Shown piece after piece: positions 24,834-37,600 of a stretch of DNA of 64,000 bases. The translations under genes and the position numbers were made by a program. Source of the DNA: Oikopleura dioica (Eukaryota > Animalia > Chordata); assembly GCA_907165135.1 (NCBI GenBank), contig OU015567.1:3782001-3846000 (forward strand), given 5' to 3'. The notes under the pieces were generated by a model. It searched no databases and was not told the origin of the DNA. It saw nothing but the letters and a program-made list of their open reading frames with translations. Within the stretch, counting starts at the first letter, position 1; each line of letters opens with the position of its first letter.

Positions 24834-26167
24834 TCTCTTATGAGGGCGGCGACTAGAACCCTCTTTTGAATAATTGAGGACTTCCTTTTTCTTTTTTTCT
24901 GGTTTTGTAAGTGGCGGATCCGATTTTTAATTTTTGATGGGCGAGACGTTCCATCGATGGCGCACCGTGCACGGTGGCGACCTCCTCCCCTTAATTTTCG
25001 GAACGGAACTGCATGGGAAATTGGGAGCGGTTTATGGGGAGTTATGATGACCTCTGGAATATACAAGGGGATGAACTAGAACGGCAAGATCTTGGGAAGA
25101 ATGGAACGCAAAAGAATCATGTTTATTGGATTGATTGGAGAGGTAGACGATTTTTCCTAGATAGTCATGTTTGCACCCATCAAGATAGCAAAGCGTTCCT
25201 GGTCAACCTAGGGAGATTTTTCAGAGTTCTCATCTGATCATTAAATCTATCTTGGTACATGCGGAGACATATGCTTCGACTGATACTATACAGAATTATT
25301 TGCTTCATTACTATTATTATTATTTATTATTATGATCAAAAATGAAGCAAAAAATAAATATGTTTTTAGAAAACGAAACAAATTTTTGTGGTTTTCATAA
25401 AATTAAATTTAATAAAGATTAAGCGAAAATGAAATACAAAATTCCCCTATTCTATATCATATATAGACTATATGAATTTTGAAAGCTGTTTTCTAGCGCT
25501 TCGATTTCTGCCCAGCTGCTCTTCAATATTTTTCCGGATCGGGGCGAATAAGTGCACCTGGAGCTGGCCTCGCCCGCTGAGTGAATAATTTGGTTACAAT
25601 AATAAACGAAACTGTTGATGGCTGTTTTTGCTCCCCCGCTATGCGTATCACTAGTTCGGTTGCACCTTCAAAATCAAGATTAATGCTCCTCCTTTTGTTC
25701 GAGGGTTTTTTATGGCACTCGAAAATGGAAAATGAAGGAGTACATAAAATGAATAAAACAGGTGCATTTTGTGAGTAAATCTTTGATGCACACACGCGCT
25801 ACTACTCATAAAACTTCATCAGCTGATTGTTACAATTTCGGCCCGTTTTTCTTTTACAAATCTTTAAAACTCGATTTAATTTTAAATTTATCATTTCATC
25901 AAAAAATTATTTTGTAAATTGAAGTCATCTGAGTTTACAGAATTAAATATTCATCCCGAAAATGCGGCTCTTTTTCATCCCTTCATTTTAATTAAAGTCA
26001 ACTATGGGAGATCTTCAGAGTGAAACGAGAGGAAAAGTATTTTGGGTCTTATTTTTGTTTGCCGCTTTGGGCTGGTTGATTGGGCTTTGGGAGCTGACTT
26101 GCGAATATGGAAATGCTCTTTTGCCGGATGTTTTTAGAGAAATCCCGATTTGCTGATTTTCTGAAAT

Positions 26168-28189
26168 TTATTGAATAAATGAAGCGAGTTCAGCAATTTT
26201 GCCAGAGACAATCAGTTCAGTTGCTTTTTCCATATCATCGGAAAGGTAGCGGTCCCGGTCCATGAAGGTGATGTGTTCCCGAACAAGATCACGGACATTT
26301 GTGAGAGTTTCGGTTGAGGAGAATTGACCGTCTTTTTCTTTCAGATCAAATGCTTGGCAAGCTGCTAGGAGCTCAATTCCTAAACAAATCATTTTAGGGT
26401 CGAAAAATGGCTAAATTTTCTTGTGGAAAGTTGACTTACCTAATACATGCTCTGCATTCTTGACAACCTGCAAGGCCTTCCTAGCTGCCCAACCTCCCAT
26501 GCTCACGTGATCCTCGGTGCCCGCCGAAGTCGAAAGAGAATCTGTCGATGATGGGTGGCAAAGTACTTTGTTCTCCGAAACGAGCGCACTAGCCGTCACA
26601 TGCGACATCATAAAACCAGAATTGATCCCGCCTCATCAAAATATTTTCGAGAAAATGAGATTGCTATTCTTACCTTCAGGAGCCAGAAAAGCAGGGAGAC
26701 CAGAGCAACTTGGGTTGCAAAGTCGCTCGATTCGGCGCTCGGAAATGTTGGCAATGTCTTGCACGGCGATTGCTAGAATGTCCAGGGCCTGGTTACGTAA
26801 TGAGTAATTAAAGGATATTTTCGATTTTTCGATTTTACCTTCGCTGGATATTCTCCATGAAAATTACCGCAGCTTATTGTTCGATCTCTTTTCGCGAGAA
26901 TCATTGGGTTGTCGGTAGCAGAATTGAGCTCGACGGCTAGAATTGATCGGACAAACTTGATCGAGTCCAGGGCAATCCCATGAACGGTAGGGACGCATCG
27001 GAAAGTGTATGGATCCTGGTAGTTTGTGTGATCATCTGAGAAGCTGTTCCGGCGGCTACGGGCGGATCCTCGGCCAAGGAGGCTTCGGAGATTCTAGAAT
27101 TCTGTGTCCCTTGGATCTAATTCAGAAAACCTACCGATGCAATGATTGATTGACCCTTGTGCTTCTTAGCTTTGCGGATGGTATCATCGAAAGCATAAAC
27201 CTTTCCAGAAAGAGTATCAATCGTCATGGCAGCAATTATATCCGCGCTTTTTCGCAGATTCTCTGCTCGAACAAGCGCTTCTGATCCGATGGTTGAAATG
27301 AACTAGGAAAAATGTGATTATTTCAAGACATGATTTACGAACTTGAGTTCCGTTGATAAGAGCGAGTCCTTCTTTCGGCTTGAGTTCTAATTTTGAAACA
27401 TTATTTGCTGTCAGGACTTCTTCAGCAGGAGCGATTCCGGTTTTTGGGGAGTACATTTTTCCATAGCTGAACCTGGCTGAAATTTAAAGTAGTGTCAATG
27501 TTCTACAAGTGTTACAATTTATAGCAACAGCCTCTCGACACACGTTTTTAAAGTTTTGTGTTTTTGATTCAAGTTTACTTTATTCGCTAAAAATACCATC
27601 CTTAAAAATTGAACAATCTTACGGTTTGCCAATGATAAGATCTAGAGAAAAAATCTATGATAAAAAACACCCAGGACCCAAGAAGACCGAGCGCAATATG
27701 CGCCAGTGGGGCCAGATCACCACTAGCACCAACAGTCCCTCTCGCCGGAACTTGAGAAACTACACCAGAATTGAAGGCTTTGATCATTCGGGAAATCGTT
27801 TCTTCGGAAATTCCGCTAAATCCTTTGGCAAGAATATTGATCCTCAGAGCCATTAGCCCACGAGCTTGGCCAACAGGGATGCATTCACCGACTCCGCATG
27901 CGTGAGAAGTGATGAGGTTGTTCTGGAGTTCGACGAGGCGCTCGGGCTCGACAAGGACCCGGCAAAATTTTCCAAAGCCTAAAAGATAGAAAAAGTGATT
28001 GGAAAGAGGCCTACCTGTATTGATTCCATAAACAGTTCTCTTTTCATCGAGCACCTTATCAATAACTTTTCTAGCGCTTCGAACCGCCTCCCAAGCGCTC
28101 TCCGACAAATCAATTTTGCTCTCAAAGCTCTGAAGACTCTTCAGAGTCTCTGGTGTCAAATCATTTCCATTAAGTAAAACTGTTTCCAT
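26168..28189 (-). CDS. HAL: Histidine ammonia-lyase (histidase)
   Basis: [23 protein letters not shown] (MIO-forming ASG), [44 protein letters not shown]. Small GT-AG introns. Confidence 0.96.
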
Positions 28190-28593
28190 TTTTAGTCAAC
28201 TCAATTGAGCTTTGAAGATGTTTTTGGGCAGCGAATAATTTTCAAATCGGAGCACGCCCACTTAGTGAAATAACGAGATCGCGAAAATTATGGGCGTTGG
28301 AAAAAATGTTGACTAGGTTTTGATTTGAGAATTATTATTCATTGGAGTCAGACTCGGATGTCGAGGCTTCCTACGTTAAATTTTTGATCAAGTGGGGTTT
28401 AATTTTTAAAATAACGCTCAACTAATAAGCCGTTTTGAATTAAAAAAAAACCGTTTTAAAAAAATGTTTGAAATTACTCATCAATATAAAAAGCATCATT
28501 TCTTGTTACACAACCGAAAATCTTTTGAAATTCACGAAAATCCAAATATTTGCATCCGTATTCCGATCCCCGAAAAGCAATAATTGAGCAAAA

Positions 28594-29318
28594 ATGATCA
28601 TCGTTAGAGGATTGAGAAAAGAAGATGAAAAAGAAGCATTTAAAATCTGGCGAGAGGAAATGATTTTTCAGTGGCCGCGCGAAGAATGGAATTATAACAA
28701 AAACGGGTGCACGCTGTTTTTCACATCTTTGCTTTTCCTCGTTGTTTTCACCAAGTTTTTCGACCTTTTTCTTTCGCTAATGCTTGTTGCTGTCTGGATT
28801 TTGGTGGTTCATCTTCATGGCTACAACACTGTGCATGTTTATCTCCGCTCAAGAAAAGACATGGGCAATCTTTATGAAAATCACCGAGGTCGATTTTTCG
28901 TAGCTGAAAATAGCGCGACTGGAGAGCTTCTCGGAACGATTCTTTGGAAAAAGTGCAAAGAGATTCCTTCTTGTTTGAAATCGAGAAAAACCGCTGATGA
29001 TTTTATAGAGCTTGGATCGTTGATGGTCAAAAGAAATTGCAGAAAACTTGGAGTCGGGTAACCTTTTTTCCTCAAAATCACTCAATTCACTCCTAATTAA
29101 GAAAAATGCTCGTCAACAAAATCAAGGAAGAAGCAATACGACTCGACAAAGATATTTTCCTCGTCACTTCAATTCACAACCAAACAGCTGATCGATTTTA
29201 CCAGAGAAACGGTTTGAAAAGAATCGCTGGAGATATTTACAGTTTCACTCGTATTCTGTATTTTTTTGCTTGGGTTTTTGATCATCGATCATTGTTCTTT
29301 ATTTATGAAACAAAATAA
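28594..29318 (+). CDS. NAT8/Camello-type GNAT N-acetyltransferase with an internal hydrophobic segment
   Basis: Hydrophobic stretch followed by FFVAE...LLGTI, ELGSLMVKRNCRKLGVGKMLV (acetyl-CoA motif A) and ADRFYQRNG. Single intron 29058-29101. Confidence 0.85.
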
Positions 29319-29476
29319 ACGCTTGATAATTTTTAGGATCTTGATTTCATGACTAATGACGTTTCTTTTATGTATGTCGAATTTTCGAACAAAACAACTT
29401 CTTTCTGTTTTAGCTGTCTTCGTATTGCATTGTATCTAAATATCGATTTCATTAAATCGATAAAAATTACTGTTTC

Positions 29477-31225
29477 TTACTTTCTTTTACCCTCTTTCCC
29501 AGATCTTTTCTTGTGCCAGGCGGCATTGATCCCCATCGTAGTAAAGTACGCAATAAAAGCAATGAAGAGAAGCCAAAAAGGTTGAAAATTGAAGCGAATT
29601 ACATCTTTCTTCGACTTTTGTTTTTCTCGAGCTTAAAAAATGAAGGCTGCTCCTGGATCGCGCGGAATCCTGGATTGCGCGGATCCCGGATCGCGCGAAT
29701 TCCTTGATCACGCGGATCGGGTGATTCAGGATTCTGCGCGATCCAGGATTTCGAAAAAAATCAGAAATTCAATTTACAATTTTGCTTTTCTTATCAAAAA
29801 TGGCCAGAACTGTTGGTAAACCATGTAATTCTTATCTTTTCAATTCAGAAATGTAAGAATATCAAATAAATAGAACCTTCAACGAAGTCATCATTCAACT
29901 ATTTTTAGTTGTTTGATTTCCGGGACCTAGTAGGCTACTTTTATGCGCAGGGATTAGCAGCGCGCAGGTTCCATTTAGAGTTGACAAATGGATTGCAGTC
30001 CCTGATTTTCGTCGGGACAGATTAGGATAAAAATTGAGAGCTATTCTTATTTAAGATAAATACTTTATCATCATTAACGATTTCCTTGATTTCCTTCTCT
30101 TGATTCTTTTCAAAACATTTCTCAAATAACTGTCTGTCCCTGCGAAAATCTGGGACTACCTTCCATTTGTCACCTCCGAATGGAACTTGCGCGCTGCTAA
30201 TCCCTGCGCATAAAAGTAGGTCCCGGAAATCACACAACTAAAAATAGTTGAATGATGACTTCGTTGAAGGTTCTATTTATTCGATATTCTTACATTTCTG
30301 AATTGAAAAGATAAGAATTACATGGTTTACCAACAGTTCTGGCCATTTTTGATAAGAATAGCAAAATTGTAAATTGAATTTCTGATTTTTTCGAAATCCT
30401 GGATCGCGCGGAATCCTGAATCCCCCGATCCGCGTGATCAAGGAATTCGCGCGATCCGGGATCCGCGCGACCCAGGATTCCGCGCGATCCAGGAGCAGCC
30501 AAAAATGAAAGCTATAATTTATAGCCTATAAATTCAGAAAACTCACTGATGCAGGGATTAAACGAGAAAATATTTTGCCGGTCGAGACAAAGCTCCAAAG
30601 CAATTCTGTCATTTTCGTCAGCTCTCAAGCTTTCGCATTCGCACCACCATCCGCCAAAAGCCTCCAGAGATGTAGCGCATTTTTGAGAAATTTTTCCTGG
30701 ACATTGATTTTTCGCCCTTGCTTTGAAAATTCCGATCGGACAGACTTGTTCAATGTGCTCAAGTCGTTCGAAACAATCGTGTCTCTCTGTGCACTGAGCG
30801 TAGGCAACTGTAAGTACAGACATTCAAAAAAGAAACAACTGAATCTTAACCATTGCAATCGGAGAACATCTCTCGATTGAGACAATCCCATGGTTTAAAT
30901 TCCAACTCTTCCGGTACTCCCTGGCAGTTCTTCTCATGATTGCAACACTGAAAAGCCTTTTGAGTGATGTTTTCAGGAAGATCTGCGTAGAAAAAGTTGA
31001 CGATCGATTCAACACATTCGGATTGTTGATTTTTGTCGCAAGTAGTCACATGATTCTTTCAAGGGATTTTATGGCCAGATATAATCCTAGATATTCCTTT
31101 AATTTTAAATCCCTTTCACAAAAAGCAATGTTTGGAGATATCCTTTATTCGCCCGCCACATTTCTCGTCTGCCAGACATTCTTCGAAAAAATCTCTGCAA
31201 GACATATCCACCGCTTCCCATTTCA
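29477..31225 (-). CDS. GFRalpha/GAS1-domain single-pass receptor (GFRAL-like architecture); N-terminus not found, one apparent frameshift
   Basis: Two Cys-rich domains with GDNF-receptor spacing, e.g. CNVAYAQCTERHDCFERLEHIEQVC...C...CATSLEAF..CEC...C...FNPC. A final exon encodes a transmembrane helix (FWLLFIAFIAYFTTMGINAAW) and a basic tail, joined in phase through intron 29632-30546. Confidence 0.65.
29645..30500. mobile_element. Foldback/MULE-like non-autonomous element with long inverted repeats
   Basis: ~370-bp inverted arms (29645-30020 and 30134-30500) begin with ~15-bp tandem repeats of the ggatcgcgcggaatcct type. Exact 9-bp TSD aaaaatgaa at 29636-29644 and 30501-30509. Confidence 0.9.
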
Positions 31226-31604
31226 CTAAACTATTTTACTTTTTCTGACAGCTATATTATTCGTTTTACATTTGAAGCACATTTTCGAAAACTATCAATT
31301 TTTGCTCATTTTTATACCTCAAAGAATCATTAATTCATTCAGGGTTGAGCCGGGTCATTCATTAATGGCCCTCATCATCGTCTACTTTACTGTATGTCTT
31401 CACGTCTCGAAATTCTACATGCATGATCTTATATAACAAAATATAACACTCAATAGAGCACTTGAATTCCCCCGCCGGAAATTTTTATCGCTTTGTAAAT
31501 TTTAACACAGCCCCTTTTTATGGCATTGACCGCTTATAAATTGAAAAATCTCGGTAGAATAGTTCATTAGATCCTGACAGGATTTGAGAGAGAACTACAG
31601 AAAT

Positions 31605-33632
31605 ATGAAGCTTTTTGTTCCGATCGGAACCGCTGTTGCTTGGCACAGTACTTATCAAGATGTCGAGCTTGGATCAGAGTCTGGTAACGAACCGCTTCCT
31701 TTACGAACTAAGCGGTCTTTTAGCAAAATGCCAGCCTGACCCAGATCGAGATTCGATCACTTCTGGCGAGTTCCCTAAAGGCTTCAAATGGTCCTTCGCA
31801 ACTGCTGCCTACCAGATTGAAGGAGCTTACGATAAGGATGGAAAGGGTCAAAATATTTGGGACAAGTTTTCAAACGAAAACAATCCATGCCACGTCGAGG
31901 ACTGTCAAAATGGAAATGATGCATGCAAGAGCTATATGAACATGGATCGGGATGTCGGGGTGAGAGAGCCAATTGAAGCGTTTATTTTTGACTGAAGAAA
32001 TTAAGAATATGGCGAAACTCGGGATTGAAAACTACCGATTTTCATTTTCCTGGGCTCGATTGTGCCCAAAAGGAAAATGTGGCGTCACAGGAGGTTAAAA
32101 TCATGAAATGGGTTAGATCTTAAAAATTGTTTCAGAGCACAGTGCCGCTGGAATCAAACATTACCATGATTTTCTGGATAAGTTGCAGGCTGCGAATATC
32201 GAGCCATTCGTCACTCTCTACCACTGGGACCTTCCCCAAGCACTGCAAGACGAGTACGGTGGTTGGGCGAATGAAACCGTCGTCGATGATTTCGGAGATT
32301 ACGCGCGATTCGTCTTTCAAGAATACGGCGACAAGGTGGATTACTTAATGCGTTTCATTATCTGCGCAGTGTCAGATTATTTTAAATAACTCGGTTTTGT
32401 CTAAAAATAACACGCCGAATGAGTGCATCCAAATTTGATGCCAAAAGTTCACAGCCTTTTTAACACTATTTTCAGGTTAAAAACTGGATAACGCTGAACG
32501 AGTCCGAAGTCGTCTGCGATCTCGGCTACGGAGCTGGTTTCTTTGCACCGGGTCTGACCGGTTGGGGACCCCAATTTCACTGTAGACATCATACAGTCCT
32601 CGCGCACGTGAAAGCTTATCATATTTATGATTCTGAATTTCGAGCAAGACAAGGCGGTAGAATTGGAATCACGATGAATACCAACTGGTACGAGCCAAAT
32701 TCAGGAAATTATTTGAAAAGACAATTTTGATTAATGAATTAATGCGGATTTTTCAACTTGAATCAAGACTTGCAAGCTGACAAAGACGCTAGCCAGCGAT
32801 GGATGGACGATCAGCTTGGCTTCTGGGCCGATCCGATCTACCGCACTGGAGATTATCCTCCATCGGTTTTGGCGCGCATCCCTGACTGGGCCCTTCCACG
32901 AATGACGGACGAGCAGAAGAAGCTAAATCTCGGAACAGCTGACTTTTTCGGACTCAATCATTACACCACTTCTTTGGTCAAAGACTGCGACAACAACGGG
33001 GTACTTTCACAAACCCCCTTTTTTGTATAACTTTTATAAAAGAACAACTGCGGTAGCTCCTGGACCGGACTTGGTTGCTCCGAATGGCCCCAAGCTGGGT
33101 CTGGCTGGCTCTTCAGCGTCCCTTGGGGATTCCGTCGCATTCTTTCTTACATTGACCAAACTTATGACTCGAATAAGTACCCAATTTTCGTCACTGAAAA
33201 TGGCATCTCTTCCCGTGGAAATGGAACTGATTTGAACCCAGAGCTGGATGACGCTTGGAGAATTCACCACTACACAAATTACATCGGTACTTGACAATTT
33301 TGCTAGCGTAAGAAACTTCAACTCGAGTTCAAAGGTCAAATGAAACGAGCGATTGAAGAGGACAAGGTCAACGTTCAAGTCTACACGGCGTGGTCACTGA
33401 TGGACAATTTCGAGTGGACAACCGGCTATCACGAGCGATTCGGACTCATGTGGACTAATTTTACGTCTGACGAACGGTCTGTTAAAAAGTGATTATTGTT
33501 TTGATGCTTATTTAAAGCCATACGTACTTCAAAGACTCGGCAAGATTCTTTGGCAGAACAGCGATGACCAACTGCTTGAGCGTGGAAGGAGATACCTCTA
33601 CCTGTCCCAAAGCGTTTTTGAACCTTGAATAA
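31605..33632 (+). CDS. Glycoside hydrolase family 1 beta-glucosidase (lactase-phlorizin-like, single domain, probably secreted)
   Basis: [43 protein letters not shown], acid/base motif ITLNE, nucleophile motif [16 protein letters not shown]...ERFGL. Confidence 0.93.
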
Positions 33633-34638
33633 ATTAGAAAAACTCAATTTTTGGCAAAGAAAATCGCTTGATTCTCTTTTTCCATTCTTTCGGATGTTTC
33701 CATAAATGTATTTTGAGGATTGATAAAGAAGTTGGTCCGCAACAATGATGAGTAAAAAAAGATATTGATAGTAAAATGAGCATGATACCATACATAGCTT
33801 TTAATTGAAATTAGTTAGTTAACTTTTTATCATCTTGAAATTGAGTCGGTCAATATTTGACTTTGAAACGCCACTCGAGCAGTAGTAAAAGAATATTTGT
33901 TTAGATTGTCAGGTTTCTGAAAAATATGCATGAAAAGATAGAAAGTCAGAAGATAGTTTTTTTTTTGCGTTTTTATTATATAATAATAAGGCGGAGTTTT
34001 ATACAGTGTGATTGTTGGTTGTTTGATGAATGGGGAGGCCTATGTTCACGGCGCTAGAATACCTTTGTTTGATTTTCAATAGTAAGTGCTGAAAAAGGGC
34101 CAATAATTCAGGATTCAGATTTTCAGAAAGTGACAGAATATGTTTAAAAAAAAAGTTATTTTTTCATGACAGTTTTTTTTCTTTTGAACAGTTTTTAGTT
34201 TTTTTTTATATTTTGATAAGTTCTGGAGGAAATAAAAAAATGTTCATCTCTTAGGAAGTAATCTGTGATTCAGTTCTTTGTTACTTTGAAGAGGTATTTC
34301 TTTGAAAAAAATAGAGAACTTGGTCTTTAGTTTATAAGTTTTTCAATTAGAAAATGCATAGACTCGACTTTGATAGTATGTTTTTTGAAAAGTTGAAACC
34401 GATAGTGATTGATACTGATAGAAAATTGTAGTAGATAGTTGTTGATAAACAGTATTTTTAAAATAGATAGAAAAAGGTTGAAGAACAATGGATGATGAGC
34501 ACGAGAGGCTAGGAGACGATCGATGATCCGATCATTTTTGCCTAACGCTTATAAATAGAATGAACCAATGGAACAGTTACTTCCATGACAGGCTCGTTAC
34601 TGCCCCGTATAACTTGTGTAAGACATAAATCGAAGCTA

Positions 34639-37600
34639 CTAGCTATTGATGGAGAAATGAGCCCGTTCCTTTGAGGCGATGTCAGCCCAACGGCCCTGGA
34701 TTGGAACTGGTGACGCTATGGCTGGAATTTGAGGAGGCGACTCGACCAGATTCGGGAAGAGCTCTAACGTATTGGCTGGTGGAGGAGTCGGTGGGTGTAC
34801 GATTGTCTGAACAACCGATTCTAAAAGCATTCTCTTTCTATATTTTACCTTTTCTACATCTTGGTGTGCTTGATTGTTGTTTCTGTCGCGATCGCGGCGG
34901 TCTCTTTCTCGTCTGGGTCCACCTCGTGGACCGTCTCGGTCGGATCCTTCTCGTCGTGGCGCTCGATCGCCCGTGTATCTTCTCTCTCGTCGCTGGGGCG
35001 CGTCTCCATCCCTTCGTGATCCTCCATTACCTCGCTGAAATCTCAAGTAAACTTCATTTATCAAAAAGAGACCTTACTTTCTGCGGTCGATTTGAATCAA
35101 CGTCAGTGTCGGAGGTCTCCGATCTGTTATCCTTCACTTTCTTCTTGAATTCTACCGTTACCCAGCCGGGTTCTTCTTCCGAGTTTTCAGTTGTGGCGTT
35201 TTCTTCAGTGGCTTTTGGCGCTTCTTTCTTTAAAAAGACTTCAAAAAGGCTCGTTTTCTAGCGCTCTTTACCGCTGGAGCAGGTTCAGCTGGTCTTGTCT
35301 TTGCGGGATGTTGACGGGCGGGTGCAGTTTGACGGGGTTGTGTCTTTCTCTCAGGAGCTACTGGTCGAGTAGTTTTAGCTGATCCTCCTTTTTGAGAGTC
35401 TTTGTCAGATGATATCGAAGCTGGCTTGGGAGGAGTCGGGATTGGCTTCTCGGATGGGGGAGGAGCGGCGGGCTGGGTCTTGAACACTTCGGCCAGCGTC
35501 TTGCCGGTATTTGGCCAGGTTGATTTTGCTACAAATCGATGAGGTGAGGTTGGTTGGGTGGTTTTACCAGTTGTTGATGGCAGTGGAGCATCCTGTGGCG
35601 TGGGCTTTAGGTCTTCTTTCTTTGGCGCGGGTGCCGGCTTGGGTGATTTTCTCGTCGTTGGTCCTGCTACTGATGAAGATGGCTGCTTCTTCGGACTTTC
35701 GTTCGATTTTAGTAGGTCAGCTAAGGGATTAGTTAGAAGGAGAATAAGCCGCACTAGTCAAAAATGTTGCGGAAAGGGCGTCTTTACCTAGTGGAGGAAG
35801 GGACGGAGTTTCGCTAGATTCTACCGATGGTGGCTGAACGGGAGATTTCGCAGCCGGTAATGATTGATTCGGAGACTGATTTCCCAGGGTCGGAAAGTCT
35901 TTTGCTTCCATCGCAAATTGCGGCGGGGGAACGGGCTGAAAAGTCGCGCTCACTGCTGCTTTTCGGGTAAATATTTATACCTTTGGCTGCACTTGGGGGA
36001 GCGGCGATTTGGAAGAGGCACCGCCAGTGCGTGATCGATTGTAGTCTACAATTGATCATTTTATAATGGATGCTCACTTCTGCAAAAGTAAGCTTACCTT
36101 CGGGTGCGTTTCGAGTTCCACGAGGTCGACGAGCTCCCCGGGTCGATCGGGTAAAATGAATCGGAATTTCGGTCGGTGGAGGTACTGGGAAATTGGTTAA
36201 TTAGCTGAAGAAGGATGTAAATAGGTACCTGGATGGCCATTTTCGATTCCTTTGCGGATAAAGGGTTGGTACATCGTTCTGAAATATGCGTTAGGGGCTT
36301 GTTATGGATGGTTTTTTTTATTTGAAAACACGCTTATTTTTGATGGAGATGAAAATAAATGTATTTTCACGCATATCCATCCATTCTCAAATCCGAAATT
36401 TAAAGACGGACGCCCTTAAACTTGAAGTTTTCCAACTATGGACCAACCATCTGGTCCGATGGAGAATAAGGGCGTCCAATTAAAGAGAGATCATCACGCG
36501 AGAATTCGAAAAAAGAGATAACAGTAGAATAAGTGAAAATATGAGTGTTAACCTGCAGAACACCGGCAGCTTATTCGGGTTACTGAAATTTATATTCGTC
36601 GGTGAGGATCTTGTGAAGTTGATTGTTAAACGGAAATGCTTCTACTTTCAAATTGAATTGTTACATGGTTACCGAGCGCGAGGCACTCGTACTACTGAGT
36701 AACAATGTTACAAAGGAAACAAAGCAATCAATAGTATCAACATGTTTTAATTTTGATAAATGATTGGATAAATATTTTTGAAATAATACATATATGAAGG
36801 ATACTTACTTGTCTGCGGCAGCTTTTTTCGACTTTTTCTGGCGCAGGTGAGGAGGGAACGGCTTTTGGTACTAAGAACAAAGGTTTTAGTGATAATTTGT
36901 GATATATTTTCTGACGAATACATGCTCAAAAGCAAAAAGCCGCTAGCGGTTTCGAGTAAACCGAAGCAGCTCGGCTTCTTGAGTTTTTTTTTAATGCAAA
37001 GAAGGCGAGCAAAATCAATAAAAGTTCAGTGACCGAGGAAAACTATCCCTTCTTCAAGGAGAAATGCATTTTGAAATGAAAACAACAAATTATTTATGCG
37101 CTTGATAAGTAGCAGGCATCCTCTCTTGAGCAGCCTGTGGACAATGACCGTGGTGCCAAATTATACCTGAAATGTGGCAAAGTTCTGTATCAAGTCGTCG
37201 TTTGCATGATGCTGTCCCTGGCTTGCTGGTGGTCCAGTTGTCGAAACTGGCGGCGCTGGCGAAGGATACATATTGAAACTACCGGCCGAGTAGCCTGTCC
37301 AGCCTGAAAAAATGGAGGATTAATTCGGCGTTGAAAAGGTTGATTATTGATTTACCTTCGTGAACTTGCCGAGGGTGCGCTTGCTTTTGATAGTGGCCGG
37401 CGGAGATCTTTTTCATATGAACCTGAAAAGAGAAGTAACGAAAACGACCTCTAGAATGAACTCGTACCTTGAAGGAAGGTTCAGTTTTGCGCAAGTGCTC
37501 CATCGACTTCTGCGCGTCCTCAGCATGCGCAAATCCGACGTACCAGGTGGCATGACTCTCGCTTGAAGTTGCTAGCTCAGCACGGATTACAGTCGACGCG

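Noticed and set aside
29645-29750. ~15-bp tandem repeats resembling a CRISPR or iteron array
   Set aside because: There are no unique spacers, the context is eukaryotic, and they are subterminal repeats of the transposon.
29487-30502. Mirror-image ORFs 29487-29711 and 30290-30502 sharing IQDSARSR
   Set aside because: They arise from the inverted arms of the Foldback-like element and have no transposase motifs.
31116-31118. In-frame TGA in a Cys-rich protein as possible selenocysteine
   Set aside because: It is not at a conserved Cys position, I saw no SECIS, and a one-base homopolymer fix explains it more simply.
34671-35791. Long plus-strand ORFs (196, 77 and 73 aa)
   Set aside because: They are antisense shadows of low-complexity LARP4 exons.
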